Assembly: GCA_951406725.2 (NCBI GenBank)
Contig: OX597823.1
Span: 114,142,001 to 114,206,000 of the forward strand
Length of the DNA: 64,000 bases
DNA from: Octopus vulgaris
Lineage: Eukaryota
Direction: 5' to 3'
This document shows, piece after piece, positions 32,926 to 47,037 of the stretch; position 1 is the first letter of the stretch; the number at the start of each line of letters is the position of its first letter. The notes under the pieces are model-generated. The model saw only the letters and a program-made list of their open reading frames with translations. It was not told the DNA's origin and did no database searches. The position numbers were made by a program, and so were the translations under genes.

Positions 32926-33359
32926 TCTTTTCGTGTTTGTGGTTGGTGATGCTGCTTGCTGTACGTAGTGATGTCGGTATGCGTCGATTGCCGAAGAAGG
33001 GAATTGAATTTGAGGTTGAGAAAGGAATAAGAGACACTAGAGAAATGGATGAGCTTGGAGAAGGAAGATGAGACAAAATAGAAATAGGAGGAGGAAGATG
33101 AGGAGGAGGAGGTGTTGATGATGGAGGCCAAGGAGGAACAGACACCAGCTATAGTGTTTTTGAAGGAGATCTATATATCACTATTAGCAAAGCAACTGGA
33201 TTGTAAAGTGTTGACACTTGCGTCGTTCAACGACCAAGTGGTGGTTTCTTGTGAATGTGATACTTCTCTCCAACATTAACGGCCGTAATGTCATTAAGAG
33301 GAAAGTGTCTTTACGTGACGACAATAGGGGTCGCTTTTGACAGTTCTTAGAGGTCAACG

Positions 33360-34460
33360 TGGCGGTGGTGGTGGTGGTGGTGGCGGTGGTGGTTGTGGTG
33401 GTGGTGGTGGTGGTGGTAGTGATGGTGGTGGTGGTGGTAGTGGTGGTGGAGGTGGAGGAGGTGGTGGTGGTGATTGTGGTGGTGAGAGTAACGTTGTTGG
33501 TGGTGGTGACTGTGGTGATGGTGGTGGTGGTGGCGATGCTTGTGATTTTAGTGGTGGTGGTGGTAGTGAGAATGTTGGTGTTGAGAGTGGTAGTAGTGGT
33601 GGTGTCAGTGTCGTTGGTGGTGGTGATGGTTGTGATTGTAGAGGTGGTGGTGGTTAGAGAGTTAATGTTGAGAGTGGTGGTGATGGTGGTGGTGGTTGTG
33701 GGGGTGAGATTGGTGGTGAGAGTGACGTTGGTGGTGGTGGTGGGGATAGTTGTGATTGTAGTGGTGGTGGTGAAAGTAGTGATGGTAGTGGTGGTCGTGG
33801 TGAGAATGGTTGTGATGGTATTTTACTGGTGATGGCCCTAGTGATAATAACGGCAGCAATGACGACGACCATTAGGAGGAAGTGGACGTTGATGGTATTT
33901 ATGGGGTCATGTCGGACGGATGACATCGCCTGGGATGATACGATGATCATGATGATTGTTTATTGAGATGACGATGACGGCTATCGTGTTGTAGTTGATG
34001 ACAGAAGAGATGGTTGTGTGTGGGGGTGGGGGCAGTGTCGGTTGTGAGGATGGTGATGATGGTGATGACAATGGTTGTTGGTTTACTGATACTGTTGATG
34101 AGTGGATGATGACCGTTGTGATGTATTCTGAAGTGGTTGATGAGGAAGCTGGGGGTTGTAGTGATGTTGCTGGTGGTGCTGGTGGTGCTGGTGCTGGTGG
34201 TGGTGCTGGTGGTGGTGGTAGTGGTGGTGGTGGTGCTGGTGGTGGTGGTGATGGTGTCGATGGTGGTGTCGGTGGTAGTGGATGTGGTAGTGGTTGTTGT
34301 GGTGGTGGTTGTACTAGTCGTAGTGATGGCGGCGGCGGCGGTGGTAGAAAGACAGATGTTAGTAGTGGTGATGATGTTGACAGGAATGCCGGTGATTGTG
34401 ATGGCGGTGATCGTCGTAGTGACGAGGACGATGATGATGATGGTTTTGGTAGCGGTGGTG
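33360..34460. repeat. Degenerate (GGT)/(GAT)-rich low-complexity region
   Basis: Direct read. Confidence 0.85.
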
Positions 34461-34619
34461 ATTTTCTATTTTCTGCTGTGTTCTAAGCTCGCTCTGTAAG
34501 TCAGTGGAAGTGGACAAAGAATGGTAATTCCATTCAAACTCCAAGACAATGTTGTGTGAAGGGACACATGTTTTATAGCAACGATATTATCATTAGATAT
34601 TTCTTTACCTTTATAAGCA

Positions 34620-34621
<2 letters not shown>

Positions 34622-34680
<59 letters not shown>

Positions 34681-35510
34681 ATTCTTTGTCTCTTCCTCAC
34701 TTTTACAACATTCCACTCTCACCCTTTTTCGTAGCCTTTTCTCGCTCCTTTCTTATTTTCACCCCTTCACGTCTTCTTCTTCTTCTTCTTCTTCTTCTTC
34801 TTCTCCACCCCCTTCTTATTCGTATCCTCCTCCTCCTCCTTCTTCTTCTCGTCCTACTCCTCCCCCTTCTTCTTCGCCTCCTCCTCCTCCCCATTCTCAT
34901 TCTACTACTACTACTACTTCATCTTTTCTTCTTCTTTTTCTTTATCTTCTTCTTCTCCTACTCCTTTTTTTCTTCTTTTTTTTCTTTAATTCTTCTACTT
35001 TTTTTCTTCTTCTTTTTCTTTATCTTCTTCTTCTCCTACTCCTTTTTCTTTTTCTTTTTCTTCTTTTCCTTCTTCTTCTTCTTCTTTTCTTCTTCTTCTA
35101 CTACTACTACTTCAATTTTTCTTCTTTTTTTCTTTATCTTCTTCTCCTTTTTCTTTTTCTTTTTCTTCTCTTTCTTCTTCTTTTTTTCTTTATCTTCTTC
35201 TTCTACTCCTTTTTCTTTTTCTTTTTCTTCTCTTTCTTCTTCTTTTTCTTCTTCTTCTTCTTTTTCTACTTCTTTCTCTTCTTCTTCTTCACCTACTACT
35301 TCTACTTCTTCTTCTCCCCTCCTCCTCATAACCCCTTCTTCTTCTTGTTCTTCTTGTTCTTCTTGTTCTACTTCCCATCTTCTTCTACATCTTTTTCTTC
35401 TTCTTCTTCTCCCCTTCTCCTCCTCATAATCCCTTCTTCTTCCTCTTCTTCTTCTTCTTCTTCTCTCTTATTCTGCCCCTCCCCCCTCTCTCTCTTTCTC
35501 TCCCTGTCTT
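34622..35510. repeat. ~900 bp polypyrimidine/polypurine tract, (CT)n then (CTT)/(CCT)n
   Basis: Direct read. Confidence 0.9.
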
Positions 35511-35729
35511 TATCAATCTCTATTTTGCTTGATATTTTTAATTATATATTTCTCTTCCTCTTAATCTGCATGAATACTTCAATATATGTGTTTCTGGTTG
35601 TCATTCTATGTCTATTTGTCTGTCTGTTTGTCTTCCTGCCTATCTATTTATCTATATATCTATCTATCTCCATCTCTCACTCTACATGCAAATATAAGTG
35701 TGTGTGTTCATGCATGTGTGTATGTGTAC

Positions 35730-35789
<60 letters not shown>

Positions 35790-35828
35790 GATATATACAT
35801 AGATATATAGATAGACAGAGAGATAGAC

Positions 35829-35967
<139 letters not shown>

Positions 35968-35969
35968 CA

Positions 35970-36291
35970 GACATCCGTCTATCTCGAAAGACCATATATC
36001 TGCGCCAGGAAAATTTAGTGTCGACTGTCGATGGCGGTGCAGCGTCTGCTGCGGCTATACAGGCTCACACGCCAGCGACAGTCTTGCAAGATTCGACTGA
36101 AGTTGGAGATGACTCCACGGGAGCGCTGCAGAATTTTCTTCCATCACGCATTTCATCGGTGGCAAGTTTTAGTTTTTCCTCTTCCTACATCCCCTTGTGC
36201 AGTGCTTACTCCTTTCCAGCGTGTGTGATCATTTGCTACCTCTTCTTATCTCAGGATGTCCAAATCCATTGACTTCATATCTCTCTTGCAG
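35970..36291 (-). mobile_element. RTE-clade LINE 3' fragment joined to the Helitron helicase remnant
   Basis: Minus translation CKRDMKSMDLDILR*EEVANDHTRWK ... DCRWRVSLYSRSRRC. Its 3'UTR resembles that of the 23156 copy and runs into (TCTA)n at 35810-35969. Confidence 0.8.
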
Positions 36292-37140
36292 AACTGTTAC
36301 TCCTCCCATAAGCATGCGATTGTTTTTAAAGTCTTGTGGGGTACAGTCAAGTACTTCTGAAACTCTACAACTCGACATTGCACTCATTCCAAACAATGAG
36401 GCATGATGTTTGTTGGAGAATTGTTGCCATTGCAGAGTTTTGGGAAATGTTGCACATTTGAGATCCTTTCATTGCAATGTTTAGAGGGAGCTTAAACATG
36501 GAATGAGCAGTTCTTCCCTCATTGAAGACGGAAGCTGCAATACCAGAAGATGCAACACTGGAAGGAGGTTAGATTTTATATCCTCCCATTTAGGATTGCA
36601 GGCGAAAGTGACAAAAGTATCTGGTTTTCCATATACCCAGACATATGTCATAGCATTGTGTGTTCGTTCGTGAACGATGATGGAAGGATTATAAGTTACC
36701 TCATGTTTTGAATATCACCATTTATCTTCAGAGCATCAACATAAAAAGCAACATAATTTTTAGCCCTTAACATCTTTTGATTGTTACGAATGTAAAGGAG
36801 ACGCTGACTCTCAACTTTAGTATACATATGAACCAGGTATTGAGGAAATACATCACGAGACATGGGTAATTAATTTGATTGTACGGGTCTTAACACCTTT
36901 TTCTTTGTAATTGTCTCTCCTGTTGCAGGTTCAATCTATGGAATATTGAAATGATACCTATCTTGGCCAATCCTCAGAATACGAGGATGCTGGAGAACAT
37001 GATAAGAGGGATGAGTCTCTGAAACATGTTTAAGGTTGTTATCCTGAACACGAATGAGAATATCACAATTTTCATGGGATCACCTACCATAAGGATGGCT
37101 GCTTCATTAGGTGTGTGCTTATTAAAGCGGCGTAAAATTC
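36292..37140 (-). pseudogene. Helitron Rep/PIF1-helicase remnant with a large internal deletion
   Basis: Rep-side motifs HVSETHPSYHVLQHP...GQDRYHFNIP, QYLVHMYTKVESQRLLYIRNNQK and AMTYV..YGKPDTFVTFACNPKWEDI are fused at ~36560 to helicase motifs VASSGIAA..GRTAHSMFKLPL, LIVWNEC and MGGVTV. Confidence 0.9.
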
Positions 37141-39003
37141 CCTTTAATATAGCTTCCTATAGACGTAACAAACGCTGAAATAAACGCACACACATTCACA
37201 GACACATTCACACTCATAGCATTGATAATACTGAAAACAGCAAAATGTACACACACGAAGTTAAAACGAAACGAAACGTATTCAATATGGGTGCAAAACA
37301 TACCATGGAATTTTGTTTCCGGGAATATTTCTAAAGGAAATATTCCAGCATCGGAAAGTCACCAATTTAGCAACAATTACAATGCGCCACCAATGTAACA
37401 GAGTACAAAAAGTCAACATTCATTTGGAACATGTACTAAATGTTATAAAATTCAGGATTGAATGGCACCGTGAAGAAAGGCAAGCTCCAGAAAATTCAGA
37501 AGGTATAACTCAATTTTTCATACAAAAATTTATTATTTAACAATTTTTAAACGAAAGCTGAACAAAATGTATTCAAGGGAATACGTTGCTGTTGTGAACG
37601 TTAATTAAATTAAAACATTTGCTGAAGGATGTTTGTAGCACGGCATATATCAATTTTACATAATTTACTATATATTTTACCCGTGTAAGCTTATTGTCTG
37701 TAGAATAAATATTGAATAACGCAATAAAAATGTTGCAAGGCATTGAATATTAACACGGTTAAAGCAGCATAGCAGGAATATTATAAGAACGCTAGGACTG
37801 TTTAAAAAGCATTATCTTCAAACTGGTTATAAGGACTGGAATAACATTTCTGTAATGATATTGAAAGAGCCACTAAAGCTTTCTGCTTCTTCAAGTTACC
37901 GAATTTGTTATAATTGCCAGAATAACATTTTTCCCAGATATATTTGCGAGTGTTGTGAGTACTGTCAAATCAGCCAAATCATCATGAAAACCAGAAAATA
38001 TTTCAGCACATAAGTAGTGATAATCGAAAATGCTGTTAAAACTGCAACTCTCTATGATGGAAGAAAAATCCAAACAGTAGTACTTAAAAAAAAACGCTGT
38101 TTTATGTTCAACATTCGGGCAGCTACTAAACTAAGCTCCTTCAAAATTGGCTGTTGGAAGGTACAGTCACATACATATACTAAGAAAGACGCACATAAAC
38201 AAACCTTCACGCACACCTCAAGCCTGTTTCTATCCCTCTGTGTGTCAGTCGTCACAAAAATGTATGTATACTGACAGACACATACACTCACACACATATA
38301 CTTGTCAGTCATCGACCTAACGTGCGTAACGAATGCGCAAACACACACACATTGACAGACACATACACACCCGAATGGGACGTCGTCTTTGTCGTCATCG
38401 TGGTATAAAATGTCGTTTACGATAGTTGGCATATAGAAATATTATAATGCTAAATTTTTGTAATGCAAACTATATAAATGAGAATAAAGTTTATTTGGTA
38501 ACCGAAACATTACTGATTCTTTTGATACACCATACGTCAAAATCGGCAACTAAGTTTACGAATGTATAAGGAACTTACACACGCGTGCGCGCGCACACAC
38601 GCATACTTTATATATATATATAGATATGTAATCCCTTATATCTAATCGCGTATAGGCTTAAAGAAGAATACCTAGACACCGATTCATGTACATGGACGCA
38701 TGCGCGTATATATGTATGTATGTGTGTATGTATTTACGTTTGTGTATTCTTATGTATGTGTGTATGCCTGTATGCATGTATGAATACATGCATGCATTTA
38801 TGTATATATATATATATGTAAAAGTATTTTGCATAATCCCTGGTAATTTACTTAAATGCCTTGAGATATTTGACCCAGTTGTCTGCTCTATTATTTTAAA
38901 TATATTAAGGATCAAATTTGCCTTTAGCCTTTCATGATCGTTAAGTAAATTATTTATTAATAACGAGTCTCTCACTCTCACTCTCTCTTTTTTCTCTTTC
39001 TCT

Positions 39004-39067
<64 letters not shown>

Positions 39068-41491
39068 GTTGTACTTTTGCGTTACAGGTTCAAACTAGTC
39101 ACACAGTATCACAATAATTAGGCCTGATATTTAACATATTGATATATCTTATGAGCGCGTGCGATGCACACAACATCTAGGTGTTTCTTCAGAGTGATTG
39201 CAGCCACATACAATCAGCTGTAGATAGCGTAGTATGTCGTTTACCATATTTAAATATTCCCTTGAATGTTATTAATATTTAACATCTAAGTAGTAATTCT
39301 GTTCCTACCCTCCTCAAGAAATGCTTGTAATATTACGATAGCATTTTACATCCTGAATTGAGATTCCGCTGAGATCGACTTTACTTTTTATGCTTTCACG
39401 GTCGAGAAAATAAGTACAAGTTGAGTACTAATATTAAAGTGAATGACTTACCATCTTTGCCGAACTTGCTGGCCTTGTGCGAAAATTTGAAACTAATATT
39501 ATGATAGCTTAGAAGTATTAGGAAGAAATACTTGGCTTTTAATATGTGTAAACGGTTTTATTCCTGCTTTTCTCTGATGTTTCATTTTCATGTATAGTTG
39601 TGTTTGTGTTACCATGGCTTTGACGATGGCCTCAATTTGTTTACTTTCTTACCAATCACTATAGTAGTTCTTTACATGATTATGATATCTTCAGAAAATT
39701 CACTAACATTACAAGAGTGATACAGGAATTGTTATCTGAGACAATCCCATTTTGAAGAAAGAAATAATGTTTGTGCCTCCTGATCCCGGAAAAAATTAGC
39801 CCAAATAAATTGAGTGCATGTCCCTGTCAAATGGGTTATACTAGTAATTCAAGACATAAGCTGATACTACCACACTGCCAAAGAATTATGCTAAGGGTAC
39901 ACATGTCTGTGGAATGCTAAGCTTCTTACAATGCTAATTAAATGAGCAGGTAATTCTACGCAGCCAATATCTGAATCCAGGTCACAATACTGAAAGAGAT
40001 CCATTTGTTTTACCTTATGTATGTGCGCGTGTGTGTGTCTTGTATGTATATATGTGCACATATGTATGTGCACATATATCTGTATGCGAGTGGGGAGTGA
40101 GTGTATGTGTGTGTGCTTATGTGTGTGAGAGTACGTGTCTCTATTCTCTGTCTAGCTTTTTATCGAAGCATATAATTATGTTTGTGTGTATATATCTGCG
40201 TCTATTAGCTAAACTTTGCAAATTATCTACGTATGTCTGTGTATTTAAATGCCTGCGCATAGTTACATATTTCTTTAGATTTTTGTGTTACATTCGGTGC
40301 CAGCAAGTACTCGTATAAAAGTGCAAAATCGTGCATATGCGTATGGTTCTATGCACGCGTATAAGATTTTGTGTTAATATCGATGCGTGAACGTAAATGC
40401 GCTTATAATTCTTTATCTGCAAATGCATCATATTAAGCTTGTGTGTAGATGCGTGTGTGGATGTGTGTGTACCTGTGTGTGTGCGCAGGTGTGTACATAT
40501 ATAAATGTGTGTATTTCTGCTCGCGTGCAAAAAGGAATTTCAGGAATGTGAGATTCCTATGTGTTTTATATAGAACAATGCATTTGAACTTTTAACCGCA
40601 TACATATGGCACATGGGTGTATATGCATATATGTATGCTTGTGCATGTTCATATATATGTATGCCTTTATAAATACATGTAATTTTGCGAATGTCAGTAC
40701 ATATGTGTATATATGTAAGTAAGTTCTAGATGTAAAGTTTTACTAAATGGTGTGGGGTACATAACGTGTGTGTAGTGTGTGCACACGTGTGCCTGTATCA
40801 ATTAGTGAGTTTATCTTCTATAGGTGGTCAATTTGTGTGTTTGTCTTCTATAAAATTATACCAGTAATTCAAGGTACATGCTAATACTGCCATATTGCCA
40901 TACTGCCATATTGCCATACTGCCATATTGCCATACTGCCAGGGAATTATGGTAATAGTACACATGTCTGCGGAATGCTAAGCTATTTACAAAGCTAATTA
41001 AACGAGCATGTTTATTTATAAATAAGAGTGAAAAGTATTGAAATGTTTGCAAGACACAACGAAAATTTTAGAAAAATAAAGAAGGAAATAAGTGGAAAAT
41101 TTACCGGTGAGTGTGTTAAATTATAAGGGACTCAAAGAGAATGACTCTCCCCAGACAGAACACAAGATGCTTCAGCACACGAACTCACATAAAGGATCTT
41201 GCAAACCAAATCCAAAAACGAAATAGCCATAAATATTTATCACCAAATCTCTGGATTTTTGTATATTATAACCGCGTTATTATTCATATATTTGCACACA
41301 CACACGCACACACGCACATATATATACATAAGCACACCAATATATAGCTCATAAAACGGTCGAAGCTATTGCATGCTCCTGCAATCGATTCAGGTGAAAA
41401 TGGAAATCTGTCTAGTACAGGAGTGTTTTCCTTTGCCTTCAACACCCGCACCCGTCATGCTCGTAAGATAACACCGCCAGAATGTCTATAC

Positions 41492-41541
<50 letters not shown>

Positions 41542-41552
41542 TAATAATAATG

Positions 41553-41611
<59 letters not shown>

Positions 41612-41660
41612 CATAATAATGATAATCATAATAATAATAATGATAATAATAACAATAATA

Positions 41661-41695
<35 letters not shown>

Positions 41696-42504
41696 TTCAT
41701 AGGGATGTTGAAGATAAGATAGACAGAGAAAAATATGGCTGAGGATGACTAAAAGTGATTTAAAATCGGAAACGGAGGCTCTAATCTGTGCTGCCTAAGA
41801 GCAAGCACTAAGAACAAACTACATAAAATACAGAATAGACAGCACATCAGAACGAGATATGTACAGAATCTGTAGACAAAACGGTGAAACCGTATGGCAT
41901 ATTACCAGCCAATGTACGCCACTAGCCCAGAAGGAATATAAGAAACGCCAAAACAATATAGCCAGGCTTGTCCATTGGATACCTTGCCACAAGTATGGAC
42001 TTGACAGAGCAAAAAATTGGTATGACCACAAACCTGAAAGCATTTTCGAAAATAGAAATGCAAAGATCTTATGGGATTTTATGATTCAATGAGACCATGA
42101 GATAGAGAATAGGAAGCCGGACATAGTCTTAATTGAGAAAGAAAACAAACTATGCTGGATTATAGACATAGCATGCCCAGCTGACAACAAGGTATGCGAT
42201 AAGGAAGAAAGAAATGTTTAGATATATGACAGGTTAGATTTGGAAGTTAAGAAGTTGTTGTCGATGAAAAAGGTAGCAGTAGTACCAATAATTGTCGGAG
42301 CCCTGGGAACAGTTAGCATCTTGAGAAGTACGTGGAACAAATAGGGGCTGCAGTAAGTGTGGAGCACTTGCAGAAAACAGCACTGCTTGGAACCACTCGA
42401 ATACTCTGGAAGGTGCTCGATAATTTAGAGGTATTGCCTTAGTTCACTGGTAGGGAACAGCTGACACCATAGTACATCTCCAGCGTTAGAAGTTGTGCAA
42501 AGAC
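41696..42504 (+). mobile_element. 5'-truncated R4/Dong-clade non-LTR retrotransposon (CCHC plus restriction-like endonuclease) in (TAA)n
   Basis: LKSETEALICAA*EQALRTNY, (Y)RICRQNGETVWHITSQC, ILWDF, RKPDIV, IDIACP, VPIIVGALG and LLGTTRIL. (TAA)n lies on both flanks. Confidence 0.9.
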
Positions 42505-42511
42505 AATGATC

Positions 42512-42575
<64 letters not shown>

Positions 42576-42598
42576 TAATAATAAAAATAATAATAATG

Positions 42599-42653
<55 letters not shown>

Positions 42654-42667
42654 GAATAAAAAGAATG

Positions 42668-42744
<77 letters not shown>

Positions 42745-42747
42745 AAT

Positions 42748-43159
42748 ATTGCTTGTCAGTTGTTTGAACTTAACCAGTTGAGCATGTCCCTTAGTGGCTG
42801 ACGATATGTGCATCTCTGATCACGAGCAGAAGTAGTGGGGGAGCATCATAGCCCTGTGTTGAAAGGTTTGAATAATTCACTTTTGGAAACATGGGTGGCT
42901 CGTTCAACATCCTTAAACAATCCTTATTCCTGGACCTTTTGAGCGGGATAGGCTACTCCACCAGAAGAAAATTCTAACTGGGCCCCACCTACGAGATCAT
43001 GTGCTGTTTATCTTGATATGAGACCACCATGTCACGCACATATGGTTGCGACGCATGTACCTTGTGTACCCTTATCAGACGGGTAGTTATGATGGGTATA
43101 CTGAGTTTCTTATATTTTACCCCAGTGACAATTTGATGGCATGCACTACTCTCTCACTC
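42748..43159 (+). mobile_element. Non-coding (TAA)n-inserted retroposon, copy 1
   Basis: Colinear with 43350-43772 and shares the 3' end CTCTCACTC-(AAT)n. Confidence 0.8.
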
Positions 43160-43197
<38 letters not shown>

Positions 43198-43221
43198 TAC
43201 TAATAATAATAATAATAATAA

Positions 43222-43772
43222 TAGATGCAGTACCAGGCAGTGGCTCTCATGGCTTCTGATCTTAACTGATCGGAAGTGTTATCATGTACATTGTTTTGTC
43301 TTGGTATAAAAGATGGGCTACAGCAAATATTCTGCTCAATACCACAGATTTGCTCGTCAGTTGTTTGACCTTAACCAGTTGAGCCTGTCCCTTAGTGGCT
43401 GACGATATGTGCATCTCTGATCACGAGCAGAAGTAGTGGGGGAGCATCATAGCCATGTGTTGAGAGGGATTCTTTGGGGTTTGAATAATTCACCTCTGGA
43501 AACATGGGTGGTTCTTTCAACATCCTTAAACAACCCTTATTCAAGGACCTTTTGAGTGGGATGGGCTACTCAACCTGAAGAAAATTCTAACTGGGCCCCA
43601 CCTGCAAGGTCATGTGCTGTTTATCTTGATATGAGATCACCATGTCGCGCACATACGGTTGTGATGCATGTGCCTGGTGTACCTTTATCAGACGGGTAGT
43701 CATGATGGGTATACTGGGCTTCGTATATTTTACCCCAGTGTAACTTTGATAGCATGCACTGCCCTCTCACTC
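43222..43772 (+). mobile_element. Non-coding (TAA)n-inserted retroposon, copy 2 (longer 5' end)
   Basis: Same family as copy 1, flanked by (TAA)n on both sides. Confidence 0.8.
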
Positions 43773-43808
43773 AATAATAATAATAATAATAATAACAACA
43801 ACAACAAC

Positions 43809-43880
<72 letters not shown>

Positions 43881-43898
43881 AAGAACAATAATAATAAC

Positions 43899-43992
<94 letters not shown>

Positions 43993-44310
43993 GTACATAG
44001 CTTTTTTTCTTTTTCTGTTTTTGAAGACTCCCACGTCCTGAAGGATGCCTAGACATAATATTTTTACAGATACATTTCTTACCGGGTTAATTTGCATGTA
44101 ACTTATAGTTGTGTGGACTAAAACTGAGAATGTTTGACTTTGCGACTGATTAATTTTAGTTTCAAATATAAAATTTAGAGCAGCTGTAGATGATTAGAAG
44201 TAGGATCTAAATAGATGTAACTAGTACTCCAAAACACCTTGCATTATAATAACTAGTATTATGGTGCGTATTAAAATAAGTAGCCCTCTATATTACGGAA
44301 TATTAAAATA

Positions 44311-44653
44311 ACATCCGGGACCCCCTTTGGTTACGACACTGACCATGGGATTGCACCTTGGAAGTTACCCTCCTAGTCACAAGTCTGGGCAAGGTGGTTT
44401 ATGGAAGACCAGCAGTCGCCGATGCATACCGGCCTCCTCTCTCCACGCCACCAGTGTTATCCAAGGGAAAGACAAAGGTCGATACAGCTTGGCACCAGTG
44501 ACGTCGCAACTCATTTCTACAGCTGAGTGAACTGGAGCAACGTGAAATAAAGTGTCTTGCTCAAGAACACAACACGCAGCCCGGTCCGGGATTCGAGCTC
44601 ACAACCTCACGATCGTAAGCTCGACGCTCTAACCACTGAGCCATGCGCCTTCA
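44311..44653 (-). mobile_element. tRNA-derived CORE-like SINE family D
   Basis: Minus-strand head TGAAGGCGCATGGCTCAGTGGTTAGAGCG...CTCGAATCCC, then GTGTTCTTGAGCAAGACACTTTA. Confidence 0.85.
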
Positions 44654-46837
44654 TTTGATAAAAAGTAAAATAACATAAGGGTTTATTATTTCCGATCATT
44701 TATTACCTTTATTTTATTGCCATTTTTTCTTTCCAACATTTTCTTCAATTATAGTTTTTAATAACTAACTCGGAAAAGGAATGACATCATACATGACCCT
44801 GTATAGGGCCTCTATGACTGCTAAGAAAGAAGATCACCAGAGATCCTTATCAAAACCATGAAGTACACTGATGGATCGGGTGATGGTGTTCAAAGGGAAT
44901 GAAATCGAAAGGACTATGCCATGTTCATACCAACCCAAAACAGTAAAGGCCTAGCGATTGAACTTCCACACTGTTCGACAATCAAATCCCACGTGGGCTT
45001 GATCGGATTGAATCTGTGGTTGAATGTATGTATTTACTCGAGACACTGTACTGAGATCGAGCTGGAAACCACGCAGTTGTGAAACTAACTTCTTAACCAC
45101 AAAGTCATGGATGCGCACTTTGCAGAGGTACGAAACTAATTGATTAACATGTGATAAATAGTATCAACGTTCTAATTCAATTACCATATATGGTATCTGT
45201 TCTCATTCCTTGGTTCAAATCCCTTGCAGCACATCTTTTGTTAGAAAAATCAGCGTGAATTTCCAGAGAGCACAACAGAAATTAAGTTCTTTATACCCTG
45301 CAGAGTTTTATTCTCCTGATTCTGAAATGATATTTACTATAATAAGTTAGAAATTATTACAGTAATATCATAAAGTAAAATTTGATAAAAAGTAATTAAA
45401 CATCCGTCTGAAATCTATAACTTACGTAAGAAGCAACAAAATTTACCACAGAAGTTTCACTCTGTATCAAAAGAATAGCAGAACTGATATGGAAGCATTT
45501 CACTATACATTTCACTACACTAAATTTCTGTGCTATAGAATTTACTTTACTGAAATCATTCACGAATACTCAGCATGATTGCTCTTAGCACTCAAGGTTA
45601 ATTTGAAAATGTCAAACAGCAATTAACCTTTTTACTTTCTACTTCCATTTTGAATGTGAGGTAAATCAGTTGAATTTAAAGAAATGTGTTGATAATTCCC
45701 TGCAGAATTTCAATAACGAATTCTTCTTGTGTCTTTATTTCAGTTGTTCCTTAGTAGTTCACAGTGCTGCTACTTTTAGCAGTGATTTTGCTGTGCTACT
45801 TGAAGAGTGTGAAGGAAGGAGAAGAGAACAAGAGGTGGAGAGAGAAAGCAAAGGAAATGGTATTGTTAAGACATAAAGAAGAAAGAGTGATGCAACAAGC
45901 AAGTCAGATTAGGAAATAAAAATATAAGAAAACAGCCAAAAAGTGTGATTTCAAAGGAGATTTCAATCAGAAGCTACTGATTCCGGCTAAATAGGAACTT
46001 GTGTATCGCTATCTAGTGATTAGCAGTGATAAATTGAATTATACACCTGTGACACGGTTTCAATTATCAACGAGGGACATTTCGTGGAAAAACCTGATTA
46101 ATAACTTCTGTTTTATAATAACAAACACCACAAAATCTACAAACCAAAGCAAAATCAGAACACACACTCTCGTTCTTCCTCTCTTATTCTTTCTAACATA
46201 CATATATTTATGCGTGTATGTATCTGTGAGTGTGTGTGTATATGTGTGTACGCGTGTGATTTTTACACACATAAATGTACACTTGTAAGTTTAATAAACA
46301 TAAATTTACGTCTGCAAAATGAACTGCTTAGCTGAGCTTGATTATTGCCGGCTCACAAGAAGCGTTGGAATAATCTTATTATACATAAGATGAGTAGTGT
46401 TATTTATGTACGTGGAATGGAAACCGATGTATTTTTATTGTTAGGAAATTAGCATAATTATCTTAGTGTTACTATTTTCATTTTCTCTTTTACCGACAAG
46501 GAGCTTGGAACAAAGCATCGTTTATCTCATCTATTCGTAACATGAGCATCTCTCACTTAATTTAGTCTGCCGACATACATTTCTAACTAGTATTTTGATT
46601 TATATTTGTTACCGTTGTCGTATTTATTGCAGAAATATAATAATGTTGTACACCCTAGTATTAAATAGACCTACATTTACAATTATACAAATAATTTGTT
46701 CAAAAGATACAGCTAAACAGTTAAATGAAAAATGACATCTTTTCCAATAGTAATTTGAGATTTGCTATTGTTTAGCCACTGGCCAGTTTTATTAAGATGA
46801 TCAATGGTATTCCAGCCGCTTTTACACTATATTTAAC

Positions 46838-47037
46838 ATGGGTTATGAAAAGTTTCTGGCTTTGGGTAAAAGAAAAATACAGGAGGATCAGTTAATTCTG
46901 ATACCATTCAACATATTCCCCTCTCAGATTGATACAGTTATTGCAACGGTCCCTCAGTTTTTCTAAGCCTTGTAAAATTACTCGGAAGGTTGGACTTCCA
47001 ACCAAGCTTTTCCTGATACACTTGAAGCCAAGAACTT
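46838..47037. mobile_element. Decayed mariner-derived MITE
   Basis: Imperfect inverted ends AAGTTTCTGGCTT and AAGCCAAGAACTT, with a mariner-like internal TTCAACATATTCCCCTCTCAGATT. Confidence 0.5.

Noticed and set aside
31739-33145. Poly-N/I/L/Y ORFs
   Set aside because: Trinucleotide-repeat artefacts with nearby in-frame stops upstream and no recognisable domain.
34556-35791. 411-aa F/S/L-rich ORF
   Set aside because: Produced by a polypyrimidine tract that lacks stop codons.
41490-43992. CRISPR-like repeat/spacer alternation
   Set aside because: Eukaryotic microsatellite with TE inserts; no fixed repeat length and no cas genes.
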